A stretch of DNA of 64,000 bases from an uncultured Gammaproteobacteria bacterium (GCA_964491475.1 CAZBFO010000004.1:67290-131289), one strand, 5' to 3'. Shown: positions 27,755-37,659, numbered from the stretch's first letter. Notes: generated by a model from the letters alone, not told the origin. Numbers and translations are program-made.

Positions 27755-30328
27755 ATGAAGAAGTCCGGCTCCCTGATTCGGGCGACACTGCTTACCGCTG
27801 CCATCGGTTTTCCCCTCGGCTGCGGCAGCCACGACGCCGATCCGCCTGCGGCCGTCTTCCCCGACGCCATTACGCTCGGCTCGTCCGACGCCAAGGTGGT
27901 CCTGACGCTCCGTCCCCACTTCGGCATGTCGGTCATCAAGAACGACGGCTCCGCAGTGCTGCGGACGCTGGCGGACGATCACGCGGTGCAGGGCGACAGC
28001 CTCGGCGCGTACGTGCCGGTCGGCGCCACGCATCGTGACGTCGAACTGACCTCCACGCTGCTCGAAGGGTTCGACCACGTGTCGGACACGGATCAGCCGT
28101 GGCTGCGCGCGACGAACGTCGTCTCGGCCACGTCGGATGCGGCCAGCGCGCACGTCGTACTGGCCGACCCGAAGGAATCGGGTACCAAGCTGGCTATCGA
28201 AGTCAGCGTGAACGGCACCGCCGTGGACGTCAGCGTGACTCCCGTCGCCAATCGCGGCGACGCCAGCAAGGCGCTGAACCTGTTCGGCCAGTCCTTCGCC
28301 ACCGACCCCGACGAGCAGTTCGTCGGTTTCGGCGAGCACGAGAACGCCGTGAACCATCACGGCGAGCGGTTGAAGAGCTGGGTGGAAGAAGGCGGACTCG
28401 GCGGCGGCGAAAAGGCGCCCCCGAGCGAGTTCAATCCCGCCCCCAACGGCCCGGGCATGACGCACGTGCCGATGCCGTTCTTCATCTCGTCGCACGGCTA
28501 CGGCCTGTGGATCCGCACCAGCTTTCGCACCGATTTTTCGCTCGGCAGCGACGATCCCGGCGCAATCCGCATCCAAGCGGAGGAGCCGCAGCTGCGCTAC
28601 CGCGTCTACGTGCGCGGTACGCCGCGCGAGGTGCTGGCCGACTTCACCGCCGACAACGGACGGGCACGGCTGCCCGCACCGTGGGTCTTCGGACCGCGGC
28701 GGCGCATGGACACGAACAAGGTCATCAAGCAGCCCGGCGGCGACGTTTTGGAAGCGCAGCTGATGCGCGACCGCAGCGTGCCGACCACCTGCGCCGACGA
28801 CACCGTCCACTTCCTGCCGAACAACGGTTCGGCAGGACGCGAGGCCGAGCTCAAGGCCTGGACCGACAAGCTGCACTCTCTCGGCTACAAGGCCATCGGC
28901 TACTTCAACGGTCATGTCTCCGCCGAAAATCCCGACGCAGCCGCGTTGCTGAACGACGGACGCTCCAAAGGCGTCTTCGTGAAGCTCGACGACGGCACGG
29001 AATCGCTGGTGCGGATCAACTCCGCCGGCTGGCAGCAAGTGGCCACCCTCGACCTGACCAACCCGGCCGCCGTGACCTGGTTCGAAGGCCGCATGGCCGG
29101 CGCATTGGCGCTCGGCTACGACGGCTGGATGCTGGACTTCGGCGAATACCTGCCGCAACGTGCCAGGCTGACCAACGGCATGAGCGGATGGGAGGCCCAC
29201 AACCTCTATCCGATCTTCCTGCAGACGGCCACCACCGACTACCTGCGGCGCGTACGGGGAGACGACTTCCTGATCTTCGCGCGCAGCGGCTACGTCGGCT
29301 CGCAGGCGCACACCACCGTGGTGTGGTCCGGCGATCCGTCCGCCAGCTTCGACAACGCCCGCGGCCTTCCGGCCATGGTGCGCTCCGGAATGAACGCCGG
29401 GCTGTCCGGCATCCCCTTCTGGGGCTCGGACATCAGCGGCTTCACCTGCATCAGCGGCGACCCCGCCGACAAGGAAGTGTACCTGCGTTGGGCCGAGTTC
29501 GGCGCGCTGTCCTCGGACATGCACGACGAGAACGCCTGCGCCGGAAAGCCCGCCAGTGCGCCCGACAAATGGACGCTCTGGAGCGACGACGAAACGGTCA
29601 CCGTTTACGGCCGTTACGCCTCGCTGCACACGCGCCTGTTCCCCTACCTGTACGCCGCTGCCGACGAGTCCGTTGCCACGGGCATGCCGGTCATCCGCCA
29701 TCCGCTGCTGATGACCCCGGAACAACCGGACGCCTGGAAGGCCGAGCATTCCTACTGGTTCGGACCGTCGCTCTACGTCGCACCGGTCGTCCATCGAGGC
29801 GACCGCAGTCGGACCTTCTGGCTTCCCCCGGCAACGTGGTTCGACTGGTGGACCTCCACGGCAACCACCGGCGGCACAAAAGTGACGCGTGACGCGCCGC
29901 TCGACGTGCTCCCGCTGTACTTCAAAGCCGGCAGCCTCATCGTGATGCTCCCGGAAGAAGTGCAGACGCTGGCGCCGTCTGACGATCCCAAGGTCGTCGA
30001 CATGTACGACCGCGACGGCTCGTACGTCGTCCGCTCCGGTCTCACCGCCGCGGAACCGAACGCCGAAGCGAAGATACATGACGGCTCCACCTTCACCGCA
30101 GCGGTGCGGCAGGGCCCTCTCACCCTGCCGGCAGACGTCCCCCTGGCCGCGACCGACGCCGAACTGCACGACTGCGCCCGCTGCGGCAGAATCGACATCC
30201 TGCCGGACGGCACCACGCGAGTCCGCGTGACCGCCGACGGCGCATCGCTGCAAGCAGGCGCGCTGACGCTGTCTGCCGACCGACCAGGCAAGGCACTGCG
30301 CGTCCGCTGGGACGTGCTGGTGCACTGA
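27755..30328 (+). CDS. glycoside hydrolase family 31 (alpha-glucosidase/alpha-xylosidase-like) lipoprotein
   Basis: GH31 catalytic region (WMLDFGEY ... GDPSASFDNARG ... FWGSDISGF); ATG 27755 with GGAGA SD gives signal peptide with lipobox PLGC. Confidence 0.8.
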   Translation: MKKSGSLIRATLLTAAIGFPLGCGSHDADPPAAVFPDAITLGSSDAKVVLTLRPHFGMSVIKNDGSAVLRTLADDHAVQGDSLGAYVPVGATHRDVELTSTLLEGFDHVSDTDQPWLRATNVVSATSDAASAHVVLADPKESGTKLAIEVSVNGTAVDVSVTPVANRGDASKALNLFGQSFATDPDEQFVGFGEHENAVNHHGERLKSWVEEGGLGGGEKAPPSEFNPAPNGPGMTHVPMPFFISSHGYGLWIRTSFRTDFSLGSDDPGAIRIQAEEPQLRYRVYVRGTPREVLADFTADNGRARLPAPWVFGPRRRMDTNKVIKQPGGDVLEAQLMRDRSVPTTCADDTVHFLPNNGSAGREAELKAWTDKLHSLGYKAIGYFNGHVSAENPDAAALLNDGRSKGVFVKLDDGTESLVRINSAGWQQVATLDLTNPAAVTWFEGRMAGALALGYDGWMLDFGEYLPQRARLTNGMSGWEAHNLYPIFLQTATTDYLRRVRGDDFLIFARSGYVGSQAHTTVVWSGDPSASFDNARGLPAMVRSGMNAGLSGIPFWGSDISGFTCISGDPADKEVYLRWAEFGALSSDMHDENACAGKPASAPDKWTLWSDDETVTVYGRYASLHTRLFPYLYAAADESVATGMPVIRHPLLMTPEQPDAWKAEHSYWFGPSLYVAPVVHRGDRSRTFWLPPATWFDWWTSTATTGGTKVTRDAPLDVLPLYFKAGSLIVMLPEEVQTLAPSDDPKVVDMYDRDGSYVVRSGLTAAEPNAEAKIHDGSTFTAAVRQGPLTLPADVPLAATDAELHDCARCGRIDILPDGTTRVRVTADGASLQAGALTLSADRPGKALRVRWDVLVH

Positions 30329-30455
30329 ACGCAACGGCTCCGCATTCGCGGGGCCGTTTTTTATAGGCCGTCGCAACGAAAAGCGCATGCCCACCTACAT
30401 CATCCGACCGAGACCTTGGCAGAAACGGCCGTTGAGTACGGTATACTGCATCCGT

Positions 30456-31724
30456 ATGACCGCCCTCCGACGCGTAATCATCGCCGCCATTGTCTTTTTT
30501 GCTCCGATTTGCGCTTTTGCCGCTGCTCCGGGCGATCTGGTCAAGATTCCGTGTCCTGGCGGCGAAGCCGCCGACCACCCTTGCCGCGCGGTCTACTACT
30601 ACGGCGGCGACGGTCGCCGACACGCCTTCCCCAACGAACGCAACTACTTCAGCTGGTACCCGAACTTCAGCGCAGTAAAAATCGTCAGTGAGAGCGGCAT
30701 GGCCGCAATCCCCCTGGGCGAGAACGTCACCTACCGTCCCGGCAGCACCTTGGTGAAATTTCCGTCCGAAGGGAAGGTGTATGCAGTCGCCTCCGACCGC
30801 GCCCTTCGCTGGGTCACAAGCGAGTCCATCGCGGTCGACATTGCCGGACTGAACTGGACCAAGAAGGTCGACGACATCTCCGAAACTTTTTTCGGCGACT
30901 ACTCCTTTGGAGCCAACATCACCGCCGCCTCCGGCTATAACGCCTCTTCCGAGCTCGCCGGCGCGCCCAACATCGACGCCGCGCTCCCCGATTCGTACCG
31001 TACGCTCAAGGTCGACACCGACCGCGGAACGTTCGACGTACAGGTGATTTCGTTGCGCAAAGACCGTTTCTCGATGATTACCGCTGTTGCCGCGCCCACG
31101 CCTGACTGCATCGACAATTGCGCCACCGAACCCCTGGCCGACTACGCCGCTGCCGCCGGCGCGCTGATCGGCGTCCACGGCACGTACTTCTGCCCGCCCG
31201 ACTACGCCGACTGCCAAGGCAAAACCAATACCTTCAACCCACCGGTATTCCGCACCTCCGACCGCGTCATGTTCCAACCGTTCGGCCTGCAAGTGCACAA
31301 GGGCCCGATGATCGCCTACATGTCCGACGGAAAATACGTCTTCCTGCGCTTGGCCACGGACAGCGGCGGCTCCGTTTCCGCCCTTGAGTCGCACCAATCG
31401 GCGCTGCTCGTCGCTGCCATTTCGAATTACCCCGCATTGATGCAGGGCGGCCAAGTCGTGGTCGATAACGACCCCTTGCTGGAAGACATCCAGCGCACCA
31501 AAAAATCAACACGCGCCGGCATCGGCTTGGATGAAAAACGCCTGCTCATCGTCGTGGCCAAGAACGCCACGGTCCCCGACCTCGCCTCGGTATTTGCCGC
31601 CCTCGGTGCCAAAGACGCGCTGAACTTGGACGGCGGCGGCTCCACCGCGCTCATGTATGGCGGGGCGTATAAGGCCGGCCCGGGCCGCACCCTGCCTAAT
31701 GCCGTGCTTTTTAAGGCGCGCTGA
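30456..31724 (+). CDS. phosphodiester glycosidase family protein (DUF2233/NAGPA-like), secreted
   Basis: C-terminal LNLDGGGSTALMYGG block; ATG 30456 gives a signal peptide; TATACT -10 sits only 9 nt upstream, suggesting a leaderless mRNA. Confidence 0.7.
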   Translation: MTALRRVIIAAIVFFAPICAFAAAPGDLVKIPCPGGEAADHPCRAVYYYGGDGRRHAFPNERNYFSWYPNFSAVKIVSESGMAAIPLGENVTYRPGSTLVKFPSEGKVYAVASDRALRWVTSESIAVDIAGLNWTKKVDDISETFFGDYSFGANITAASGYNASSELAGAPNIDAALPDSYRTLKVDTDRGTFDVQVISLRKDRFSMITAVAAPTPDCIDNCATEPLADYAAAAGALIGVHGTYFCPPDYADCQGKTNTFNPPVFRTSDRVMFQPFGLQVHKGPMIAYMSDGKYVFLRLATDSGGSVSALESHQSALLVAAISNYPALMQGGQVVVDNDPLLEDIQRTKKSTRAGIGLDEKRLLIVVAKNATVPDLASVFAALGAKDALNLDGGGSTALMYGGAYKAGPGRTLPNAVLFKAR

Positions 31725-31795
31725 CCCCTTTGACGCCGCTGCCGTTTTGAGCTAGCCTGAACAAAGCCCATTTAAAGGGCACAAAGGAGTTCCCG

Positions 31796-32269
31796 TTGAA
31801 CAAATCACCCGCTGAACGACAAGCCGCCGTAACCGGCGGCCTAGCGCAGGGCCGAAAGCTCGGTGTCCTGCTGCGCGCCGGCAAGAGCGCCAAACGCATC
31901 CGCATGCTCGGTGAGCTGCAGGAAAATGCCTCGTTCCACGAGAGCGAGAACCTCATCCGGAGCCTGGCCACCTGCGCCGACGCTTCGCTCGGCGACGACG
32001 CCGATCAAAGCGGCGCTATCCGTGCCGCCGCCACCGGTTTCCGCGACGTCCTCGTGGCGTTCCCGCCCAAGGACAAGCGCGACTGGAGGGAGATCAACGA
32101 TGCGCTCAAGGTGCCGGCGTCGGCCAAGAAGGCCGACGAGGACGAGGAGCCTGTCACGCTCCGTGCACCGGCCCATCACGTGCTCCCCACGCCGTCTTCC
32201 GAGGACCACGACTACGGCGACGACGAAAACGTCCGCTACCGCTACCTCGACGAAAAAGACGGCAGCTAG
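31796..32269 (+). CDS. hypothetical acidic protein
   Basis: TTG start with SD AAAGGAG; followed by a terminator. Confidence 0.4.
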   Translation: MNKSPAERQAAVTGGLAQGRKLGVLLRAGKSAKRIRMLGELQENASFHESENLIRSLATCADASLGDDADQSGAIRAAATGFRDVLVAFPPKDKRDWREINDALKVPASAKKADEDEEPVTLRAPAHHVLPTPSSEDHDYGDDENVRYRYLDEKDGS

Positions 32270-32276
32270 CCGCAGT

Positions 32277-32304
32277 AAACCGCTCCGCTTGGGGCGGTTT
32301 TTTC
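32277..32304 (+). terminator. Rho-independent terminator
   Basis: AAACCGC...GCGGTTT stem followed by TTTTTC. Confidence 0.5.
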
Positions 32305-32307
32305 TAT

Positions 32308-32333
32308 GAAAAAGCCCCCGAAACATCGGGGGC
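32308..32333 (-). terminator. Rho-independent terminator for the zinc-ribbon gene pair
   Basis: GCCCCCGaaacatCGGGGGC hairpin, T-run on the minus strand. Confidence 0.5.
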
Positions 32334-32340
32334 AAAGGGA

Positions 32341-32580
32341 TCAGTCCCAAGCGCTGGAATACTTTCGTTTCCGGTCGACCTCGTCACGCACGCGCTTGGA
32401 AAGATCGCCGCTCTTGATCTCGATGCGCTCGCCGCAAAGGGCGCAGAGACAGTAGAAGCCGGTGCCGTAGTCGACGGGCTTCACGTCTTTCTCCTCCACG
32501 AGGAGCACGCCTTTGCAGGTGCCGCACTCGTGTTCCTTCGACCACGGGTTCTTCCAGTTGCCTTCCTTGATGATCTTCAT
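32341..32580 (-). CDS. small zinc-ribbon protein (paralog 3)
   Basis: NPWSKEHECGTCKG...CLCALCGERIE; same motif order as the other two paralogs. Confidence 0.55.
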   Translation of the reverse strand: MKIIKEGNWKNPWSKEHECGTCKGVLLVEEKDVKPVDYGTGFYCLCALCGERIEIKSGDLSKRVRDEVDRKRKYSSAWD

Positions 32581-32596
32581 GACTTCCTCCTTCGCA

Positions 32597-32866
32597 TCAC
32601 TTGCGGCTCTTGGTTCTATCCTTCACGCATTCGAGCGGCCCGCTGCCGATCTGCCATTCGGGATACAGCTTCTGACCGCAGGCCGGACAGATGACGTGGA
32701 AGGTCCAATCGCCTTCGCAGTCCCGATGGCCCTTGATGTCATCGAGCGTGATTTCGATGAGGGCGAAACAGCCGTCTACGCGATGCGGACCGGCAAAACC
32801 GCTGACCGGATGCGCGCAGCGGATGACCGCCGACCATTCCTTCTTGCCTTCGACGATTTTTGCCAT
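32597..32866 (-). CDS. small zinc-ribbon protein (paralog 2)
   Basis: KEWSAVIRC...DGC...HVICPACGQKLYPE; tandem with paralog 3. Confidence 0.55.
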   Translation of the reverse strand: MAKIVEGKKEWSAVIRCAHPVSGFAGPHRVDGCFALIEITLDDIKGHRDCEGDWTFHVICPACGQKLYPEWQIGSGPLECVKDRTKSRK

Positions 32867-32968
32867 GACTGACTCCTCGGTTGTAATGGTCTTGGCGCGG
32901 GACGTTCCCGCGACAAAGCCATCATTCCAGATTGATACGAACTTTGCCGTACTTTTTTACATTTTCAC

Positions 32969-32996
32969 TTGCTAAAAAGTGACTTTTTGCTATACT
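32969..32996 (+). promoter_or_regulatory. promoter TTGCTA-N16-TATACT with embedded perfect palindrome AAAAAGTgACTTTTT (32974-32988)
   Basis: a 15-nt perfect palindrome exactly fills the spacer of the promoter for the TrmB-like regulator at 33041, which is a typical autoregulatory operator layout. Confidence 0.45.
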
Positions 32997-33040
32997 AAGC
33001 CAAGTAAAGGATTTCCATTACTACGTCATATATCGTAATT

Positions 33041-33823
33041 ATGAACATTCCTCATCTGACCGCCGCGCGGAAAAAAGAGATTGCCGAAGTGCTCACCCGG
33101 TTCGGGCTCGATGCCAAGGAACAGGCCATGTACCTGGCATTGCTGCCCATGGGCACCACGACGCTGCGGCCGCTGGCGCAGGCCTCGGGATTCCAGCTGA
33201 CCACCGCGCAATCCGTTGCCGCGCGTCTTGCCGATGCGGGCCTTGTCAACGTGACCAAGCGCGGCGGGCGGCAGTCGTACGAGGCGCACGATCCCGAAAC
33301 GCTGTCGCGCATCCTTGAACGCCAGGCCGAAGAAGTCGCAGGCATCATCCCGGTTCTGCGCAAGATGAAAAACGCCGAATCGGCGCCGGCGGCCCTGCGC
33401 GTCTATTGGCGCGAACGCCGGACGGACATCTTTCACGAAGCGCTGGCCGCCAAGGAAAAACTGGTGTTCGAAATCGTCGCCGCGCGGGACATCCAGGAAG
33501 TGCTCGGAGAAAAGTTCCACTTCACCCGCCGCCGAATGCAGGCCGGCGTGAAACTGCGAAGCCTGCGCGTCGAGTCGCAGGAAATCAAAAAATATTCCCG
33601 AGCCAGGCATGCGACCGAGCTGCGGGAAGCCAAGTTCTTGCCGCGCGAGCTGACCTTTCGCTGCAGCATCATGTGCTGGGACGACACCGTCGCATTTTTC
33701 GCCACGGAGAGGGAAAAGCTTGCCTGGACGGTGCGTTCGGCATCGATGGCCGAAACGGTCAGGCAGCTGTTCGCCCTGCTTTGGGAAGTCAGCCGAAAGA
33801 TGGAAAATGACGTTGCGACCTAA
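33041..33823 (+). CDS. TrmB-like winged-helix transcriptional regulator (paralog 2)
   Basis: N-terminal wHTH plus effector-type domain; same layout as 24882-25607. Confidence 0.6.
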   Translation: MNIPHLTAARKKEIAEVLTRFGLDAKEQAMYLALLPMGTTTLRPLAQASGFQLTTAQSVAARLADAGLVNVTKRGGRQSYEAHDPETLSRILERQAEEVAGIIPVLRKMKNAESAPAALRVYWRERRTDIFHEALAAKEKLVFEIVAARDIQEVLGEKFHFTRRRMQAGVKLRSLRVESQEIKKYSRARHATELREAKFLPRELTFRCSIMCWDDTVAFFATEREKLAWTVRSASMAETVRQLFALLWEVSRKMENDVAT

Positions 33824-33858
33824 AGGCCTTTGGCACGAAATGCGGTTGCCTTTATACT

Positions 33859-34410
33859 GTGAGGGATATGTACCTCAACGTCGGCGACAAGGCGCCGCGC
33901 TTCTCCGTGACGGATGTCCGGGGCAGGGCCGTAAACCTCAAGGATTTCGCAGGCAAGCACCTGCTGCTTTGCTTTTACCGGTACGCAGGCTGCCCCTTTT
34001 GCAACTTGAGCCTCAAGGAGCTGGTGGCCTTCGTAAACAAGCGACGAAAGAATGACCTGGCCGTCGTCGCGTTTTTCCAGTCACCGCGGGAAAGCGTCCT
34101 GGCGCAGCCCGGCAAGCTCTCCCCGCCCTTCCCGCTGGTTGCCGACCCCACTCGATCGGTTTACGACAGATACGGCATCGGGACATCGTACATGGGGGCC
34201 ATCCGCAGCATCAGCAAGACTCTTCGTTGGGTCCGAGCAAACAACGAAGGGTTCCCGCAGGGGCCGATTGACGGCAGCTTTTACCTGATGCCGGCGCAGT
34301 TCCTCGTTTCGCCATCGCAAAACATAGAGCTGGCGCACTATTGGAACACGTTCGGGGACGAAACGCCCTTCGCGGAGATCGAGGCGATCCTGAAGAAACG
34401 ACGTCCATAG
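33859..34410 (+). CDS. peroxiredoxin-like redoxin (AhpC/TSA/Bcp family)
   Basis: thioredoxin-fold with CPFC in LLCFYRYAGCPFCNLSLKEL. Confidence 0.7.
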   Translation: MRDMYLNVGDKAPRFSVTDVRGRAVNLKDFAGKHLLLCFYRYAGCPFCNLSLKELVAFVNKRRKNDLAVVAFFQSPRESVLAQPGKLSPPFPLVADPTRSVYDRYGIGTSYMGAIRSISKTLRWVRANNEGFPQGPIDGSFYLMPAQFLVSPSQNIELAHYWNTFGDETPFAEIEAILKKRRP

Positions 34411-34475
34411 CGGATCGAGCGGAAAATTGACCTCGGCTGGCCCAGCGGCTACCGTGACAACCAAGGAGTAAGGGC

Positions 34476-34892
34476 ATGAAAATCCTTCGTTGGCTCGTTT
34501 TGCTCCCCGTCGTCGGCTTGCTCCTCTGCGTCCTTTTGGCGCGGTATGACGCGGGCGCGGCGACGGCTGAACCGACGGCAGACCTGCCGCGTCTCGATGA
34601 CGCCTGCCATCCCGGCAAGCCGACGCTGGTCGTCTTTACTGCCGACTGGTGCGGCTACTGCAAAGTCCTCAAGGAAAAGACCTTGGCGGACCCTGCGGTC
34701 AAAGCGCGTCTCAAGAACTACGTCATCGTGTTCGTCAACGTGGAGAAGAACCGCGGCCTTGCCCGCATCGCCGGCGTATCGGCGCTCCCCACCACCTTCG
34801 CGCTGTCGAAGAGCTGCGAAACCAAGGGTAAGCTCGAGGGCGCTTACCCGCCCGAGGACTTCCTTAAGTGGCTCGACGAAGCCGAAAAATGA
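34476..34892 (+). CDS. thioredoxin-like protein, secreted or membrane-anchored
   Basis: N-terminal hydrophobic segment; WCGYC active-site motif (TADWCGYCKVLKE). Confidence 0.7.
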   Translation: MKILRWLVLLPVVGLLLCVLLARYDAGAATAEPTADLPRLDDACHPGKPTLVVFTADWCGYCKVLKEKTLADPAVKARLKNYVIVFVNVEKNRGLARIAGVSALPTTFALSKSCETKGKLEGAYPPEDFLKWLDEAEK

Positions 34893-34943
34893 AGCGCCTG
34901 CCGGTCAGGCATGACCGGCTTTTTTATTGAAAAAGCCGCGCTG

Positions 34944-35330
34944 TCAACGGCCCGTGACTTCGCGCACCTTCTCCAGCACTTCGGAGAAAATGACGTCGGA
35001 TTTGAGGAAGTAGGCGTGCACGCCGCGCCCCTTGATTTCTTCCGCGAAGGCGTCCTGATTCAGGTTCGTGACGATGATGACCGGCAGATCGCGGAGCACG
35101 GGATCGTCGTGGCTGCGCAGCTTGGCCAGAAGCTCCAAGCCGGTGATTTTGGGCAGGACCAGGTCCAGGAGCAGCACGTCGGGACGGTCCTCGTGGAGCT
35201 TCTTCCAGCCATCCTCGCCGTCGCCGGCGAGCCGGACTTCAAAGCCTTCCTCGGCGAACTTGGCCGCGTAAATTTCGGAGAACAGGCGGTCGTCCTCTAC
35301 GACCAGGATTTTTTTCTTTGATGCGCTCAT
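34944..35330 (-). CDS. receiver-only (CheY-like) response regulator
   Basis: 128 aa receiver domain (ILVVEDD ... LLLDLVLP ... K); ATG 35330 overlaps the kinase stop (ATGA); the listed 340-aa ORF is over-extended. Confidence 0.75.
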   Translation of the reverse strand: MSASKKKILVVEDDRLFSEIYAAKFAEEGFEVRLAGDGEDGWKKLHEDRPDVLLLDLVLPKITGLELLAKLRSHDDPVLRDLPVIIVTNLNQDAFAEEIKGRGVHAYFLKSDVIFSEVLEKVREVTGR

Positions 35331-37573
35331 ACGTTTTTGCGGGGTGCGGCGGCAGCGACCGGCACGGTGAAGAAGAAGGTGGTGCCCTTTTGCTCCTCGG
35401 AAGTGAACCAGATCTTGCCGCCAGACAGCTCGATGACCGATTTCACGAAGTACAGCCCCAAGCCGGTCCCTTGCACGGCGCTCTTCAGCGCGTTGCCGGC
35501 GCGGAAGAACTTCTTGAACAGCTGGTTCTGGTCGGCCTTGGGAATGCCGATGCCGTCGTCTTTGACCGACGTGAGCAGCGAGTCGCCGCGCAACTCGATC
35601 GCGACGGTCACCATGCCCCCTTCCCTTGAATACTTGATGGCGTTGGAAACGACGTTGGCGACCGCCTCGCGAACGAGCATGGGATCGACGCTCGCCTTCG
35701 GCAGCGACTTCTTGTCGAAAACGAGGGTCTGCTTCTTGGCGGCGAAGAGCGGCGCCGCCTCGGTGAGCACCGCGTCCATGAGCGCCACGAAGTCTGTGGG
35801 TTCGGGGCTGGGCTTGGAGACGCCGGCATCGAGACGCGAGACGTTGAGCAGCTCGTTCACCAGCACCACCATGCGCTCGTTGGCCGTAAACAGCTTGTCG
35901 GCCAATTCCTGCTGCTTGGGCTGCAGGGCGCCGACGTCGCCTTTGCGGAGCATGTCGGTAAGCCACTTGGTGGCGGCAAGCGGCGTCCGCAGCTGGTGCG
36001 AGGCGATGGAGATGAACTCCGTCTTGCGCTTGTCGAACTCGGCCTCGTCGGTGATGTCGCGAATGACCTCGATGGCGCCGATGATGTCCTTGCCGAAGGC
36101 GACCGGCGACACCGTCACGTTCACGGGGTACGAAGTGCCGTCCTTGCAGATCAGCGAATACGGCTTGGGAAACGGCGCCAGCACCGATTTTTCGCCGGTC
36201 TTGAGGGCGATGCGAGCCGGACGCAATTCCGGGTCCATCTGCTTGCCGTCGGCATCGACGAACTTGATCACGTCCTGCTCCTTCTGGCCGACCAGCTCCG
36301 GCGCGATCCAGCCCATGGCCTGCTCGGCCTCTTGGTTGATGAAGATGATGCGCCCCTCCTTGTCGGTGGCAATCACCCCTTCGCCGATGCTGGCGATCAG
36401 CGCCTCGGTGCGGGCTTTTTCCAGCTCGGCCATGCCCTTGTTGAACTCGAGGTCGGCGGTGCGCGTCAGCACTTTCTGGTCGGTATTCGACATGGTGTCG
36501 ATCAGCTTCCGGTGCATGCGCTCAAAAATCGCCGCAAGCTCGTCGAGTTCGCCCATGCCGCCCGGAATGTCATCGGCCGAACCGCCGTCGCCGACGGCCA
36601 CGCCGCGCATCGCCTCGACCAGCTTGCGGATGCGCCGGAGGATGAGCAGGTCGCCGAGCGTCAACGTGGCCCACAATGCCAAGAGGCCGAGGGGGAAGGC
36701 GATTGCGGCCGCACGGTAGGCGGCGCTGCGCACGGAAGCCAGGGCAAGACTGCGCGGCACGCCGACGTACACGTAACCCGAGGGCGAGGCCACTCGGGCC
36801 AGCGGAGCGAAGGCGTAGAGCCGTTCGGTGCCGTCATCGCCCGTCCGCGTCGCCGTTCCGGTCTTTCGCGACAGGATGTCAGTCGCCAAATCAGACTCCT
36901 TCAGCTCCTTGCCCGTCCACTTGTCCTTATCGGGGCCGCGGAGAACGGCGACGGTGCGCGCGTCGATGATGCCGAAAACGGATCCCGCCGGCAGTGACGC
37001 CAGCATTTCGGCAGTATCCAAGTCGTGAACGTTCACGATGACGAAAACAGCGCCGGCGACGTCGGGGCCGCTCATTACGGGCTGCGCGAAACCGACCGTG
37101 GGCTTGCCCAACACGTTTTCATAAGTGTAGTCGCCCATCGAAAACGCGCGCGAAGCCAAGGCGCGGCGGAAGAAGGCTCGCTCTGCCAGCACCACCGTTC
37201 CCTGCGAAGCGCCGCAAGTGACGATGCCGGTCGGCGTGGCGAAACCGACCGCAAGGACCTTGCCTTCGCGCTTCAGGACGTCGTTTGCTGCCGCCGTGCA
37301 GTTCTTGCCGTCGGAGGCAGCGGCCGAAACCTCGTCAAGCGCCCGTTTGGCGTCGTCGATGAAACCCCGAGAAGCCAAATCGACGACAGGCGCGAGCCGT
37401 TGCGCCGCCGATTCCGCGTCAGCAATGACGGCCCGACGAACGTCGAGGGCCGCGCCGACGGCGATGCCGGCGATGGAAAACGCCGAAAACACGGCCAAGA
37501 GCGCGATGCGGCTGCCCAAACCGTGAATGTGCACGTGCCTGCGCGCCGTGACCTTGGCGGATTCAATGCGCAT
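35327..37573 (-). CDS. sensor histidine kinase (TM, periplasmic Cache-like, HAMP, PAS, HisKA, HATPase)
   Basis: two TM segments flanking an extracytoplasmic domain, H-box ISIASHQLRTPL, N/G1/G2 boxes (GTGLGLYFVKSVIELSGGKIW); TATAAT plus GGGAG upstream. Confidence 0.85.
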   Translation of the reverse strand: MRIESAKVTARRHVHIHGLGSRIALLAVFSAFSIAGIAVGAALDVRRAVIADAESAAQRLAPVVDLASRGFIDDAKRALDEVSAAASDGKNCTAAANDVLKREGKVLAVGFATPTGIVTCGASQGTVVLAERAFFRRALASRAFSMGDYTYENVLGKPTVGFAQPVMSGPDVAGAVFVIVNVHDLDTAEMLASLPAGSVFGIIDARTVAVLRGPDKDKWTGKELKESDLATDILSRKTGTATRTGDDGTERLYAFAPLARVASPSGYVYVGVPRSLALASVRSAAYRAAAIAFPLGLLALWATLTLGDLLILRRIRKLVEAMRGVAVGDGGSADDIPGGMGELDELAAIFERMHRKLIDTMSNTDQKVLTRTADLEFNKGMAELEKARTEALIASIGEGVIATDKEGRIIFINQEAEQAMGWIAPELVGQKEQDVIKFVDADGKQMDPELRPARIALKTGEKSVLAPFPKPYSLICKDGTSYPVNVTVSPVAFGKDIIGAIEVIRDITDEAEFDKRKTEFISIASHQLRTPLAATKWLTDMLRKGDVGALQPKQQELADKLFTANERMVVLVNELLNVSRLDAGVSKPSPEPTDFVALMDAVLTEAAPLFAAKKQTLVFDKKSLPKASVDPMLVREAVANVVSNAIKYSREGGMVTVAIELRGDSLLTSVKDDGIGIPKADQNQLFKKFFRAGNALKSAVQGTGLGLYFVKSVIELSGGKIWFTSEEQKGTTFFFTVPVAAAAPRKNV

Positions 37574-37623
37574 AATCTCCCTTATTATAGCAAAAAATGC
37601 GCCTCTTTAAAAGGGGGTGATGG

Positions 37624-37653
37624 CAACAAAAAATCCCCGACAAGTCGTCGGGG
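37624..37653 (-). terminator. Rho-independent terminator after the 37660-38592 gene
   Basis: CCCCGACaagtcGTCGGGG hairpin with T-run on the minus strand. Confidence 0.5.
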
Positions 37654-37659
37654 AAATCG

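Noticed and set aside
27635-30394. 919-aa minus-strand ORF and 597-aa plus-strand out-of-frame ORF (28099-29892) across the GH31 gene
   Set aside because: Both are shadow ORFs of the GH31 coding frame, with R/G/A/P-rich products and no motifs.
34944-35966. 340-aa ORF listed for the response-regulator locus
   Set aside because: Only the last 128 codons form a receiver domain. The upstream 212 codons are antisense-like overlap with the kinase 3' end. The internal ATG at 35330 overlaps the kinase stop in an ATGA arrangement.
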